From NCBI GenBank assembly GCA_964514975.1, contig CAZESS010000021.1, forward strand, positions 1 through 31,136: DNA of 31,136 bases, written 5' to 3'. Made by a program: the position numbers and the translations under genes. The stretch comes from an uncultured Thermoplasmatales archaeon. GTDB taxonomy: Archaea > Thermoplasmatota > E2 > UBA202 > DSCA01. Of this stretch, positions 1 to 8,476 are shown in pieces. How positions within the stretch are numbered: the first letter of the stretch is position 1; each line of letters opens with the position of its first letter. The notes under the pieces were generated by a model that worked only from the letters and a program-made list of their open reading frames with translations, did no database searches and was not told where the DNA came from.

Positions 1-88
1 TATCGGGCTGACCGGAGAGCGCCATCACCGAGGGAACGGCCAGCGCCAGCACCACTGCCACTGAAACGATTTTTATCCTGCTGTTCAT
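1..88 (-). CDS. N-terminus of a secreted protein (partial, runs off the left edge)
   Basis: Reverse strand from ATG at 88 reads MNSRIKIVSVAVVLALAVPSVMALSGQPD: a basic N-region and hydrophobic core typical of a signal peptide. A GTGAT SD-like motif precedes the ATG. Not in the ORF track because it is truncated. Confidence 0.7.
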   Translation of the reverse strand, partial: MNSRIKIVSVAVVLALAVPSVMALSGQPD

Positions 89-167
89 GGGTATCACTAA
101 CAGTGAAATATGACGCCCATATTAAAGCTTAACTATCGTTAACGGGGTGGAGTTATGTTCTGTGAAT

Positions 168-200
168 CAAGAGAGAACAAAAAAAGAAAGGGGGGGGGAA
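168..200 (-). terminator. Pyrimidine/T-rich archaeal-type terminator candidate after the C25 protease
   Basis: Minus strand reads TTCCCCCCCCCTTTCTTTTTTTGTTCTCTCTT just after the stop at 208. Confidence 0.45.
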
Positions 201-207
201 GGGCGGT

Positions 208-2688
208 TTAGTCGTAGCCGCCGATTTTGAGCGAGGGGTCGCCCATGAACGCCCACTGCTGCACGGTCTTGGTGTGGCCTGCGCCCAGGTCTGTCATGTC
301 GAAGCTGTTGACATAATGGGTCTGCGTCTCGTAGAATGCGTCGCCCAGGATGTCTTCGCCCTCCTGGCCGTACTGCCTGAATATCTCGATGGTGATCCAG
401 GCGTCGCCGCCACCGGTCGTGCAGTCGTTGCCCGGGACGCCGTAGCCAAGGCCGGTGTTCCCGAAGCTCGCGATGGCGCCGCCGCCCTCAGCGCGGACCA
501 GCCGCCAGCTGAAGCATTCCGGTACGGGGGTGCCATAGGTCCACATCGCGTTGTCGCCGATGAACGGGAAGAAATAGTGGAGCGCATGGTACATCGCGGG
601 GACCACCGACACGTTGAACTGGCTGTTGTGGCAGCCGCCGATGACCGCGATGGGGAGCTTCTCGCCGTTCGTCAGGCTGTCGATGGGGTAGACCGGGAAG
701 CTCATGAAGGGGAAATACGGCCTGAGCTGGGTGACCACGAGCCCGGTCAGGCTGCCGCCGGCGCGGTTGCCCGGCACGCCTGGATAATGGTCGCCCCAGG
801 AGTTCGGGCTGCCGTGTCCGGACATGAACATGAAGCCGCTGCCCTTGTTGAGCTCGGTGATGACGGAGTCCATGCCGGTGAACCGTCCGTTGGATGCGAA
901 CACCACGTTCGGCTGGATGGTGTCGGGCATGTAGTACAGGGCGCCGCCTCGTCCCTTGACGGCGTGGTCGCCGACCGCCCATTCGCCCTCGTAGTACATC
1001 TCGGTGTCGTTGCGCCAGTCCTCGAACACGATGTCGCCGTCGCTGTTCTTCACCCAGACGTGGATGTCGGTCAGGTTGCCGTAGGGACGCGGGTCGTAGC
1101 ATTTGCCCCGGATGGTGAGCACCCCGTTGCTGTAATCCATGTTCGCCCAGTGGGTGTACCAGTTGAGATATGCCTCGCTCTCGCCAGGCTCATAATGATA
1201 GTCGGTGTTGCCCAAAACGTTGCCTTCGGAGACGGTGCATATCTCGGCGATGGGGGGCGCCGGGTAGCCGTTCTGGAGTGCCTCCTTGATATGGTCGTCA
1301 TGGTTGAACGTGAGCTCCGTCGCCCGTGACTTGTCGACCGTGACGTTGACCACGTCGACGGGACCGTAGTCGCCCTCGGGGTTGTTGCTCTGCGCGCAGA
1401 TGGTGTAGTCGCCGTCGGGCAGGCCGGAGGTGTCCCAGGTGATGTTGAGGTCCTGCTGGTCGAGGAACCCGTCGCCGGATATCACGGTCATCCGGTTGAA
1501 CCAGCTGCCGGTGCCGCCCTGCTCGTAGGTGATGATTTTATCCACGACGGTTTCGACCTCGCGGGTGCTGCGGCAGGCGAGCCTGCCCACCGACACGTCG
1601 GGATAGAGGTCGAGGCCGGTGTCGTTCGCCACGCCCGGCTTGTTCCAGGCCGCGAAGATGCCGTCGCCGTTGGGATCCCAGTCGGCAAACGCGCCCCCCT
1701 CCCGGTAGATGTCCGCGTAATACAGGTCGCTGATGACGCCGGGGTCATGGATGGTGTCTGCCTGCAGCGGAAACGCGGGGTTGTCGTAAAGGTTGGTGTA
1801 GCGCACCGGGACGTGCCATCCGCGGGCGCCGATGTTGGCGTTGTCGCGGGGCTTCGCCCAGAACTGGTTTTTCAGGCCGCCGACCAGCAGCACATACTGG
1901 ATGTCATAGGTTTCGATGGCGTCCTTGATGAAATATTTGATCTGCTCCGCCTCGTCGACGCCGCTGTATTTGCTGTATATCTCGCCGGTGGTCTTCAGGA
2001 AGGTGTCGACCCGGTGGTCGTTTTTGTGCCGTATCAGGGGCTCAAGCTGGCCGGTGAACCGGTCGGGGGCGATGACCACCATGTCGTATTCATCGCCGGC
2101 GGGGAACGGCGTGCTCTCCGGCCGGTCATAGGTGACCCTGACGGTTGCGCTGTCCGCGACCATCAGCTGGCTGTCGGCCGGTGCATACCGGACGGGATAG
2201 AGGTCGACGGAGACATGGGTGATATGTTCGCCGGCGTCGTTGAGCCCGCAGCCGACCCGGTAGGTGTACCAGGTGTCGGGGTAGAACGTGTCCTCTCCGT
2301 AGACCGCTTCGTTTCGTTCCGGTTGCCGTGCGCCCCTGCCGTCGGTTGCGAGGGGCTGGAGGACGGGCGCCGGGCTGATTGGCGAGGGCACCGTCTGCTG
2401 CCGTATGCTTTCCATGGTGACCTGGACGTCGATGTTGCGGGCGCCGAAGGGCAGCTCGATGGTTTCGACCATTTTGGGGAGCACGGGGTTGCCCGCCTGC
2501 ATCAGGTAGTCGCTGCTGCCCTGGAGGGATATGTCCATCGTTTCGCCGTGGGTCTGCGCCTGCAGCGCGGGCACGGACATCTGCCGGGCGATGGAGACGT
2601 GTGTCGATGTTGTTTCCTGTATTCCTATGGCGCTGAAACCGCCGATGAGGAACATGCCGATGATGGCTACGGATATCATTTTTTTCAT
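208..2688 (-). CDS. Secreted C25 family (gingipain-like) cysteine peptidase with propeptide
   Basis: Signal peptide MKKMISVAIIGMFLIGG; propeptide motif AGNPVLPKMVETIELP; C25 motifs YVLLVGG, SDLYYAD, PDVSVGRL, VDKIITYE; catalytic His in SGHG and Cys in GGCHN; C-terminal FMGDPSL. Start moved to ATG 2688, which follows GAGGCAGGT. Confidence 0.9.
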   Translation of the reverse strand: MKKMISVAIIGMFLIGGFSAIGIQETTSTHVSIARQMSVPALQAQTHGETMDISLQGSSDYLMQAGNPVLPKMVETIELPFGARNIDVQVTMESIRQQTVPSPISPAPVLQPLATDGRGARQPERNEAVYGEDTFYPDTWYTYRVGCGLNDAGEHITHVSVDLYPVRYAPADSQLMVADSATVRVTYDRPESTPFPAGDEYDMVVIAPDRFTGQLEPLIRHKNDHRVDTFLKTTGEIYSKYSGVDEAEQIKYFIKDAIETYDIQYVLLVGGLKNQFWAKPRDNANIGARGWHVPVRYTNLYDNPAFPLQADTIHDPGVISDLYYADIYREGGAFADWDPNGDGIFAAWNKPGVANDTGLDLYPDVSVGRLACRSTREVETVVDKIITYEQGGTGSWFNRMTVISGDGFLDQQDLNITWDTSGLPDGDYTICAQSNNPEGDYGPVDVVNVTVDKSRATELTFNHDDHIKEALQNGYPAPPIAEICTVSEGNVLGNTDYHYEPGESEAYLNWYTHWANMDYSNGVLTIRGKCYDPRPYGNLTDIHVWVKNSDGDIVFEDWRNDTEMYYEGEWAVGDHAVKGRGGALYYMPDTIQPNVVFASNGRFTGMDSVITELNKGSGFMFMSGHGSPNSWGDHYPGVPGNRAGGSLTGLVVTQLRPYFPFMSFPVYPIDSLTNGEKLPIAVIGGCHNSQFNVSVVPAMYHALHYFFPFIGDNAMWTYGTPVPECFSWRLVRAEGGGAIASFGNTGLGYGVPGNDCTTGGGDAWITIEIFRQYGQEGEDILGDAFYETQTHYVNSFDMTDLGAGHTKTVQQWAFMGDPSLKIGGYD

Positions 2689-2781
2689 GGTACCTGCCTC
2701 GCCCAATCAATTCGGCCGGATTATTTAAACATTATGTGCGCCATGTCCTGTCCGGCGGCCCGGTGTGGCGCCGTCTGCCGG

Positions 2782-3213
2782 TCATTCGATGCCCAGTTCT
2801 TCTTTGGGTTTGCCGGCCTCGCCGAGAACGTCCGCCGCCACGTAAATGGTGCATCCCTCGCGTGCGGCCAGGGCGATACAGTCGCTGGGTCGCGCATCCA
2901 TGATTATTTCCTCGGCGTCGCCGCTGCTGTAGTGTTCGATGTAGAGCTTGGCCATGAACACGCCTGCATGCAGCCCGTCGATGACGACTTTGGTGATGCA
3001 GCCGGACATGGCGTTGATGAGCTTGATGAAGATGTCGTGGGTCATCGGCCGGGAGGGCGCGACGCCGTGCAGCCCGTTGATGATGCTGATGGCCTGGTCC
3101 TTGGTAACGTAGATGGGTAGCGCCACCCTGTCGTTGACGAGCACGATTTCGCTGAAGCGGTCAGCCTGGTAGTATTCCGGGTATATCTCCATTTTTACGA
3201 GTTCCCTGTTCAT
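2782..3213 (-). CDS. Bifunctional nuclease family protein (DUF151)
   Basis: Motifs LPIYV, RPMTHD, DARPSDCIALA; start overlaps the htpX stop (ATGA). Confidence 0.9.
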   Translation of the reverse strand: MNRELVKMEIYPEYYQADRFSEIVLVNDRVALPIYVTKDQAISIINGLHGVAPSRPMTHDIFIKLINAMSGCITKVVIDGLHAGVFMAKLYIEHYSSGDAEEIIMDARPSDCIALAAREGCTIYVAADVLGEAGKPKEELGIE

Positions 3214-4157
3214 TGTATCGACGCCAGCCGTTTGATGCGTCGCACCACGTTGGGGTGCGAGGAAAACATTTCGAGGAGCCTGTCCGTGGTGCTCACAGAC
3301 GCCCGGTCGGCGAACTGCTGCACCTCGTAGCTGTCCAGGTGGCCGTCCATGTCGAGGTCTGCCTGCCGCAGGTCGGTGATGTCCCGTTCAGCCCGCGATG
3401 GATCGGTTGCCAGGAACGCCTTGGAGCCCTCGGCCTTTTTTCGTTCCTCCCGGCTGACCCTGGTGGTGTCCAGCGTGATGCGGTAGAGGGCGGAGGCCAG
3501 CATGTGCGGCCTGCCAGTGAGCTCGACGCCGCCCTGGTCCGCGTAATACTCCCGGATGCGGCTGACGTAGAGCACGATGAGGTTGGTGACGAGGTACAGG
3601 GCGAAGGCCGCGACGGCGATGAGGGCTCCCGCCCCCTGCCGCCCCCGCCCGAACAGGAACATCCAGAAGGTAAAGTAGCAGATGAGCGGGATGACCGACA
3701 GCGTAGTGATGACCGCCATGTCCCGGTGGCGGAGATGCGATATCTCGTGGGCGAGCACCGCCTCCAGCTCGTCGGCGTTGAGCTGCTGCAGCAGTGCCTC
3801 GGTGACGCAGACACGGCCATCCTTTTTGCTGCGCCCGAAGGCAAACGCGTTGGGCACCTTCCGCCTGGAGATGCCGACCTTCGGCATCGGCAGCCCGGCG
3901 AGCTGCGCCAGCCGCTGCACCATGTCATAGACCTCGGGGTTGTCATCCCGGTCGATGTAGCGGACGCGCATCGTGGCCTCAACGATTTTAGGGCCGGTCA
4001 CATACTGCAAAACAACGATGACGATGGCCAGGGCTGCCAGCGGTACCGGATAGGCGGCGCCCATCAGATAGGCGATGAGCGTTATGAAGCCATAGATAAG
4101 GGCGAACATCAGCGCCACGGCGAGCGCCAGCCGCGCCTGCAGCCACACCGTCGACAT
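3210..4157 (-). CDS. htpX: Zinc metalloprotease HtpX (M48 family)
   Basis: PNAFAFG, ELEAVLAHEISH (HExxH), SRIREYYAD, FSSHP..RI and four hydrophobic segments. Confidence 0.92.
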   Translation of the reverse strand: MSTVWLQARLALAVALMFALIYGFITLIAYLMGAAYPVPLAALAIVIVVLQYVTGPKIVEATMRVRYIDRDDNPEVYDMVQRLAQLAGLPMPKVGISRRKVPNAFAFGRSKKDGRVCVTEALLQQLNADELEAVLAHEISHLRHRDMAVITTLSVIPLICYFTFWMFLFGRGRQGAGALIAVAAFALYLVTNLIVLYVSRIREYYADQGGVELTGRPHMLASALYRITLDTTRVSREERKKAEGSKAFLATDPSRAERDITDLRQADLDMDGHLDSYEVQQFADRASVSTTDRLLEMFSSHPNVVRRIKRLASIQ

Positions 4158-4245
4158 CGTCGGTTACATAGATGCCTGATAGATAAAGCTTACTGACCCC
4201 ACGCATCCATTGAACCCCGTGTTCCGCCATCGCTATGGGAGCGGG

Positions 4246-5073
4246 CTAAAAGCTGTACTCGGTGCTGCCCGCCGGGATGAACTCCTCCCTGGAGATGAGC
4301 AACAATACGAGCGCGATGATGCCCAGCGGTATGCCGACGATGCTGAAAAACCCGGCGATGATGCCGCAGACCGCGCCCACCACCGCGATGACGAAATGCT
4401 TCCGCAGCAGCGCCAGGATGCCGCCGACAAGGGCGACGAGGGACAGCGCCAGGATGCCCGCGGCGAGCGCGGGGGCCAGGTCGAGCACCATGAGCATCAG
4501 CCCCCTCTGGCTGGTGGTGCCCGTTCCCTGTTCCATGGTGAAATCCTGCGCGGGCAGCGTGATGTCCCAGGGGAGCACGAACACCTCGGCCTCAAGGGTC
4601 TTGTAGCCCGACAGGGTGAACACCAGCGTGTGCTTTCCGCCGGTGACGTTGGTGAACTCGAAGTCACCCGAGCTGTCAGTCGTCGTCGTTACACCTGTCT
4701 CTTCGACGGTGACGGTGACGCCGGACAGCGCAATCCCGTCCTCGTCGCTCACGGTGCCCGTGTAGGTGCTGGCCATGCCCGTGTCGGTCATGGCGTCCAG
4801 CGAGAACAGGAGCGCACCGGCCATAACGGTGCCGAGCAAAAATATCACGATGAGCAGGATGCCGGCGACCACGGGCTTCCATGAATGCTTGTCGAGGTGG
4901 ACCGAGGGATGAATCGGCGGGGTTTCCTCCTCCCAGCTGTACTGCTCGTCGACGTTGACCCTGAAATCCATGCCGCACTGGGGGCAGGAGGTGACCTGTT
5001 CGCCGCCGGCGCCATCGGGCACCTCGACGACGACGTTCTGTCGGCAGTGGGGACAGCGGGCCTTGCCCTTCAT
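4246..5073 (-). CDS. Membrane protein with N-terminal Zn-ribbon and carboxypeptidase-regulatory-like (transthyretin-like) domain
   Basis: CPHC..CPQC, one TM helix, GTVSDEDGIALSGVTVTV..TTTDSSGDFEFTNVTGGKHTLVFTLSGY, then three TM helices. ATG 5073 follows GAGGTGA; GTG 5088 is the alternative start. Confidence 0.75.
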   Translation of the reverse strand: MKGKARCPHCRQNVVVEVPDGAGGEQVTSCPQCGMDFRVNVDEQYSWEEETPPIHPSVHLDKHSWKPVVAGILLIVIFLLGTVMAGALLFSLDAMTDTGMASTYTGTVSDEDGIALSGVTVTVEETGVTTTTDSSGDFEFTNVTGGKHTLVFTLSGYKTLEAEVFVLPWDITLPAQDFTMEQGTGTTSQRGLMLMVLDLAPALAAGILALSLVALVGGILALLRKHFVIAVVGAVCGIIAGFFSIVGIPLGIIALVLLLISREEFIPAGSTEYSF

Positions 5074-5388
5074 CGCCGAAAGAATCACCTCGCCGTTAAT
5101 ATAGTTTGTTCACGGAAAAGGGTCGGGAACAGAAACGACATGCTATGGTGGAGGTCGCGGCACCATGAACACGCTGCGGGCATGGCTGACATGCTGCTGC
5201 TCGAGGTCATTCCCATGGGACCGACCGGGCGACCCATCGCTGAAAATCAGGGGATATACGTAACCAGGGCGCTGTGGTCTGCCCTCCTTTCTCTGATGTG
5301 TCTTCCGTCAAATTGAGCAACATTTATATAACGCCGGGAGATGTTATCACGAGCGTTATGCATATGAGGAGCGACGGATGGGACTAGC

Positions 5389-6024
5389 ATGGGATTTATA
5401 GACAGAATCAAGGCCGCGTTTCGCTCGCTGTTCGGCACGAAACAGGTCCGCCTCGGCATCTACGGGCCGCCCAACGCCGGCAAGACCACGCTGGCCAACC
5501 GTATCAGCCGTGATTGGAGCGGCGACGTCGTCGGCTCCGTGTCCGAGGTGCCGCACGAGACCAGGCGTGCGCAGCAGAAAAAGGGCATCCGGGTGGGCGA
5601 GGACAGCAACGCGCTCACCATTGACATCATCGACACCCCGGGCATTGCGACCAAGGTGGATTTTCATGATTTCATGGAACACGGTATGGGCGAGGAGGAT
5701 TCGAAGCAGCGAGCGAAGGAGGCGACGGAGGGCGTCATCGAGGCGATTCGGTGGCTTGACCAGGTAGACGGCGTTATTTTGCTGATGGATAGCACCCGGA
5801 ACCCCTTTACGCAGGTGAACGTCACCATCATCGGGAACCTGGAGGCAAGGGAGCTGCCCGTGCTCATCGCCGCGAACAAGATAGACCTCGACGGCTCAAC
5901 GCCGGCAACGATAAAATCGGCGTTTTCGCAGCATCAGGTCATCCCCATTTCGGCGTTGACCGGTCACAACATCGACGTGCTGTATGAGACGATGGTTGAC
6001 GTGTTCGGGAGGGGGAAACGGTAG
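5389..6024 (+). CDS. oapA: Era-like small GTPase OapA/ArvA
   Basis: G1 GPPNAGKT, G2 HETR, G3 DTPG, G4 NKID, G5 SAL; followed by DUF2073- and DUF2072-like genes as in the euryarchaeal oap operon. Confidence 0.88.
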   Translation: MGFIDRIKAAFRSLFGTKQVRLGIYGPPNAGKTTLANRISRDWSGDVVGSVSEVPHETRRAQQKKGIRVGEDSNALTIDIIDTPGIATKVDFHDFMEHGMGEEDSKQRAKEATEGVIEAIRWLDQVDGVILLMDSTRNPFTQVNVTIIGNLEARELPVLIAANKIDLDGSTPATIKSAFSQHQVIPISALTGHNIDVLYETMVDVFGRGKR

Positions 6025-6025
6025 C

Positions 6026-6394
6026 ATGGAGGACATCGGTGTCAACCTTATCTCGTCGCACATGCTCGAGGGCATGTCGACCGAGGAAAAGCTCGACTTC
6101 ATTCTGGAGGAGGTCCGGCAGGGCGAGGTGCTGGTTTTGGAGCGGGGGCTCACCCCTGACGAGCAGAGCCGGCTCATCGAGCGGACGATGGGGGACATCG
6201 ACCCGGACGGCGACGACGGCGAGTTCATCGGCATCGAGATGGAGGGCTACCGCGACGACGGCAGGCCATCATGGCTCCAGAAGCTTTTGGGCAAGATACG
6301 GCCGCCGCGGATGACGCTCATCGGCCCGGCCGACAAGCTCAAGACCATTCACAAGGACGACGATGTCATCAAGACAATCATCCTGGGGAAATAA
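6026..6394 (+). CDS. oapB: DUF2073 family protein OapB/ArvB
   Basis: EKLDFILEEV..GEVLVLERGLTPDEQSRLIERTM..FIGIEME..MTLIGPA pattern; start at ATG 6026, 1 nt after the oapA stop. Confidence 0.85.
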   Translation: MEDIGVNLISSHMLEGMSTEEKLDFILEEVRQGEVLVLERGLTPDEQSRLIERTMGDIDPDGDDGEFIGIEMEGYRDDGRPSWLQKLLGKIRPPRMTLIGPADKLKTIHKDDDVIKTIILGK

Positions 6395-6395
6395 G

Positions 6396-6851
6396 ATGCC
6401 ACATCAGTGTCTCAACTGCGGCAAGATCTTCGAGAAAGGCAGCCCCCATCTGCTCAAGGGGTGCCCGGACTGCGGCGGCAAAAAGTTTTTCTACACCAAA
6501 AAGCTGCTGGGCAGCGAGGAACGCGAGCGGCTGCTGGAAAAAGAAAAAGTGGACATGGACGCCGTGGCGCACATCGTGGAGGAACGGGAGGGCGACAAGG
6601 AATGGATGCACATCCAGCCCGACAACATCAGGGACATCCTTCAGGATATACGGGAGCAAAAGCGCCAGGTGGCCGAGGAAGTCGAACAGGAAAGCAGGCG
6701 GGTGGAGAGCATCGACGTCGACGACCCGGGCAGCTACCGCATCAACGTCAAGCGCCTGCTCGACGACGAGTCCATCGTCATCCACCGGGACGGCAGCTAC
6801 CTCATCCATCTCCCGTCGCTTTTCACCGAAAAAGAGCGCAGGGAGAAGTAA
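6396..6851 (+). CDS. oapC: Zn-ribbon protein DUF2072 family, OapC/ArvC
   Basis: MPHQCLNCG..LLKGCPDCGGKKFFY and C-terminal ESI..PGSYRINV..DGSYLIHL; start ATG 6396. Confidence 0.85.
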   Translation: MPHQCLNCGKIFEKGSPHLLKGCPDCGGKKFFYTKKLLGSEERERLLEKEKVDMDAVAHIVEEREGDKEWMHIQPDNIRDILQDIREQKRQVAEEVEQESRRVESIDVDDPGSYRINVKRLLDDESIVIHRDGSYLIHLPSLFTEKERREK

Positions 6852-6880
6852 TATATATCCCACGGTGATGCGCTAATACG

Positions 6881-7648
6881 ATGAGCCGTGAGCAAGACAT
6901 AACCCGGTGTATCGTCAGGGAGTTCAACGACCGTTTTTTGGACGCGTCAAGCATGGATGTCGCCGTCGTCGGCGCCGGTCCCTCCGGCCTGACCGCGGCG
7001 CGCTACCTCGCCGAGGCTGGTCTGGACGTCTGCGTGTTCGAGCGCAAGCTGTCCCCGGGCGGTGGGATGTGGGGCGGCGGCATGAACTTTCCGGTTATCG
7101 TGGTCGAGGAGGACAGCACCACGATTTTGGACGAGGTTGGCATCCAGTATCATGAGCGTGATGGCTACTATCTTGCCGATGCGATCGAGGCCACGGCGAA
7201 AATTATTGCCGGTGCCGCCGACGCCGGCGCCCGTGTTTTCAATGCGATGACCGTCGAGGATGTCATGGCGTCGGAGGAAAAAATCTGCGGGGTGGTGGTC
7301 AACTGGACTGGCGTGCTGATGTCCGGGATGCATGTCGACCCGCTGTCGCTTGAAGCACGGGCGGTTGTCGATGGCACGGGCCATCCCTCGGAGATATGCC
7401 GCATCGTCGAAAGCAAACTCGGGCTCAGGACACCGTCGGGCCATGTGGAGGGAGAGAAATGCATGTGGGCCGACGAGGGTGAACGGCTGACCGTCGAGCA
7501 CGCCGGCGAGGTCTACCCGGGCCTGTACACCACGGGTATGGCATCCAACGCGGTCATGGGCTCCCCGCGGATGGGCCCCATATTTGGCGGGATGCTCCGC
7601 TCGGGCAAAAAAGTCGCGGATATGATTCTCGACGAGCTGCAGAGCTAG
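6881..7648 (+). CDS. thi4: Thi4 family thiazole synthase, His-type (sulfide-dependent)
   Basis: DVAVVGAGPSGL, GGGMWGGG, MHVDPL (His where suicide Thi4 has Cys), DGTGH, PRMGPIFGGMLRSG. Confidence 0.92.
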   Translation: MSREQDITRCIVREFNDRFLDASSMDVAVVGAGPSGLTAARYLAEAGLDVCVFERKLSPGGGMWGGGMNFPVIVVEEDSTTILDEVGIQYHERDGYYLADAIEATAKIIAGAADAGARVFNAMTVEDVMASEEKICGVVVNWTGVLMSGMHVDPLSLEARAVVDGTGHPSEICRIVESKLGLRTPSGHVEGEKCMWADEGERLTVEHAGEVYPGLYTTGMASNAVMGSPRMGPIFGGMLRSGKKVADMILDELQS

Positions 7649-8433
7649 CGCCGTTTGACCTCTATCTGGTCGTTGGCGTAGATGCGCATGCCGTCCTTTG
7701 CCGCTATCGTCGAGATGCCCGTTTTCTCTGCAATCCAGGTTGCCTGTTCACCGGCCCGCGGAATGGTTTTCATACCCATGTGGGTGAGGATGGCGAACTC
7801 GGGCTGCACCTCCTGGATGAGCTGTGCCGCGTCTTCGGTCGAGAGATGGAAGGGGATGCGGTGCTGGAGGGGGCGAGTCATGCAGACCACCAGGATGCGT
7901 GCATCGCGATGGGCATCAGCAAGACCGTCATAGTATTCGGTATCGCTCGTGTAGGATATGATGCCACCGTTGAGATGCATTTTGAACCCGACAGTTGTTT
8001 CATCTGAATGCCGCGTCGGTGTCGCCTCGATGGTGTACCATTCCTTGAGGGTGAAGCTGTCGCCCGGTTTCGCCGACGCCACGGTTTTCGGCAGCGACTG
8101 ATGGTAGCGTGACAGCGGGCTGTATTCCGTGGTGCCGTGCAGGACGCTGTGGCTGCCGATAAGGGTGCCCCGCCGCCGGTTGCCGCCCATGGTCATCGCC
8201 TCGGTGAGTATCTCAGCATCTGCGTAATGGTCGGGATGGCAGTGTGACACCAGGATGGCATCTGTCTGGGTGGGATCGAGGCCGAGTTGATGCATTTTAA
8301 CCAGGGCTCCGGGGCCCGGGTCGATGTGGATGAGGATGCCCCGGTCGGCGACGTAGATGCCGCCCGTGGCGCGTTTTTGGAGAATGGTGGCAAAGCGGCC
8401 GCCACCCGTCCCCAAGAAGGTGAGCTTGGTCAT
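7645..8433 (-). CDS. MBL-fold metallo-hydrolase
   Basis: TFLGTGGGR, IDPGPG, SHCHPDH (HxHxDH), YTSDT, HL and THMG motifs. Confidence 0.88.
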   Translation of the reverse strand: MTKLTFLGTGGGRFATILQKRATGGIYVADRGILIHIDPGPGALVKMHQLGLDPTQTDAILVSHCHPDHYADAEILTEAMTMGGNRRRGTLIGSHSVLHGTTEYSPLSRYHQSLPKTVASAKPGDSFTLKEWYTIEATPTRHSDETTVGFKMHLNGGIISYTSDTEYYDGLADAHRDARILVVCMTRPLQHRIPFHLSTEDAAQLIQEVQPEFAILTHMGMKTIPRAGEQATWIAEKTGISTIAAKDGMRIYANDQIEVKRR

Positions 8434-8476
8434 GAAAACCTATATACCCATCTCACTATTATAGTTTGGTGATAGC

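Noticed and set aside
190-198. G9 homopolymer as a phase-variation tract
   Set aside because: It lies downstream of a stop codon within a terminator-like stretch, not in a CDS or obvious promoter.
274-3120. Long plus-strand ORFs 274-1329 and 1747-3120
   Set aside because: Antisense shadows of the C25 and DUF151 genes, expected at high GC; no motifs.
5089-5388. oriC next to the oap operon, or ORF 4885-5316
   Set aside because: No ORB repeats or AT-rich unwinding element recognised; the ORF overlaps a real gene antisense and has no motifs.
6852-6880. TPP riboswitch before thi4
   Set aside because: Only 29 nt of intergenic space, taken up by a TATA-like motif.
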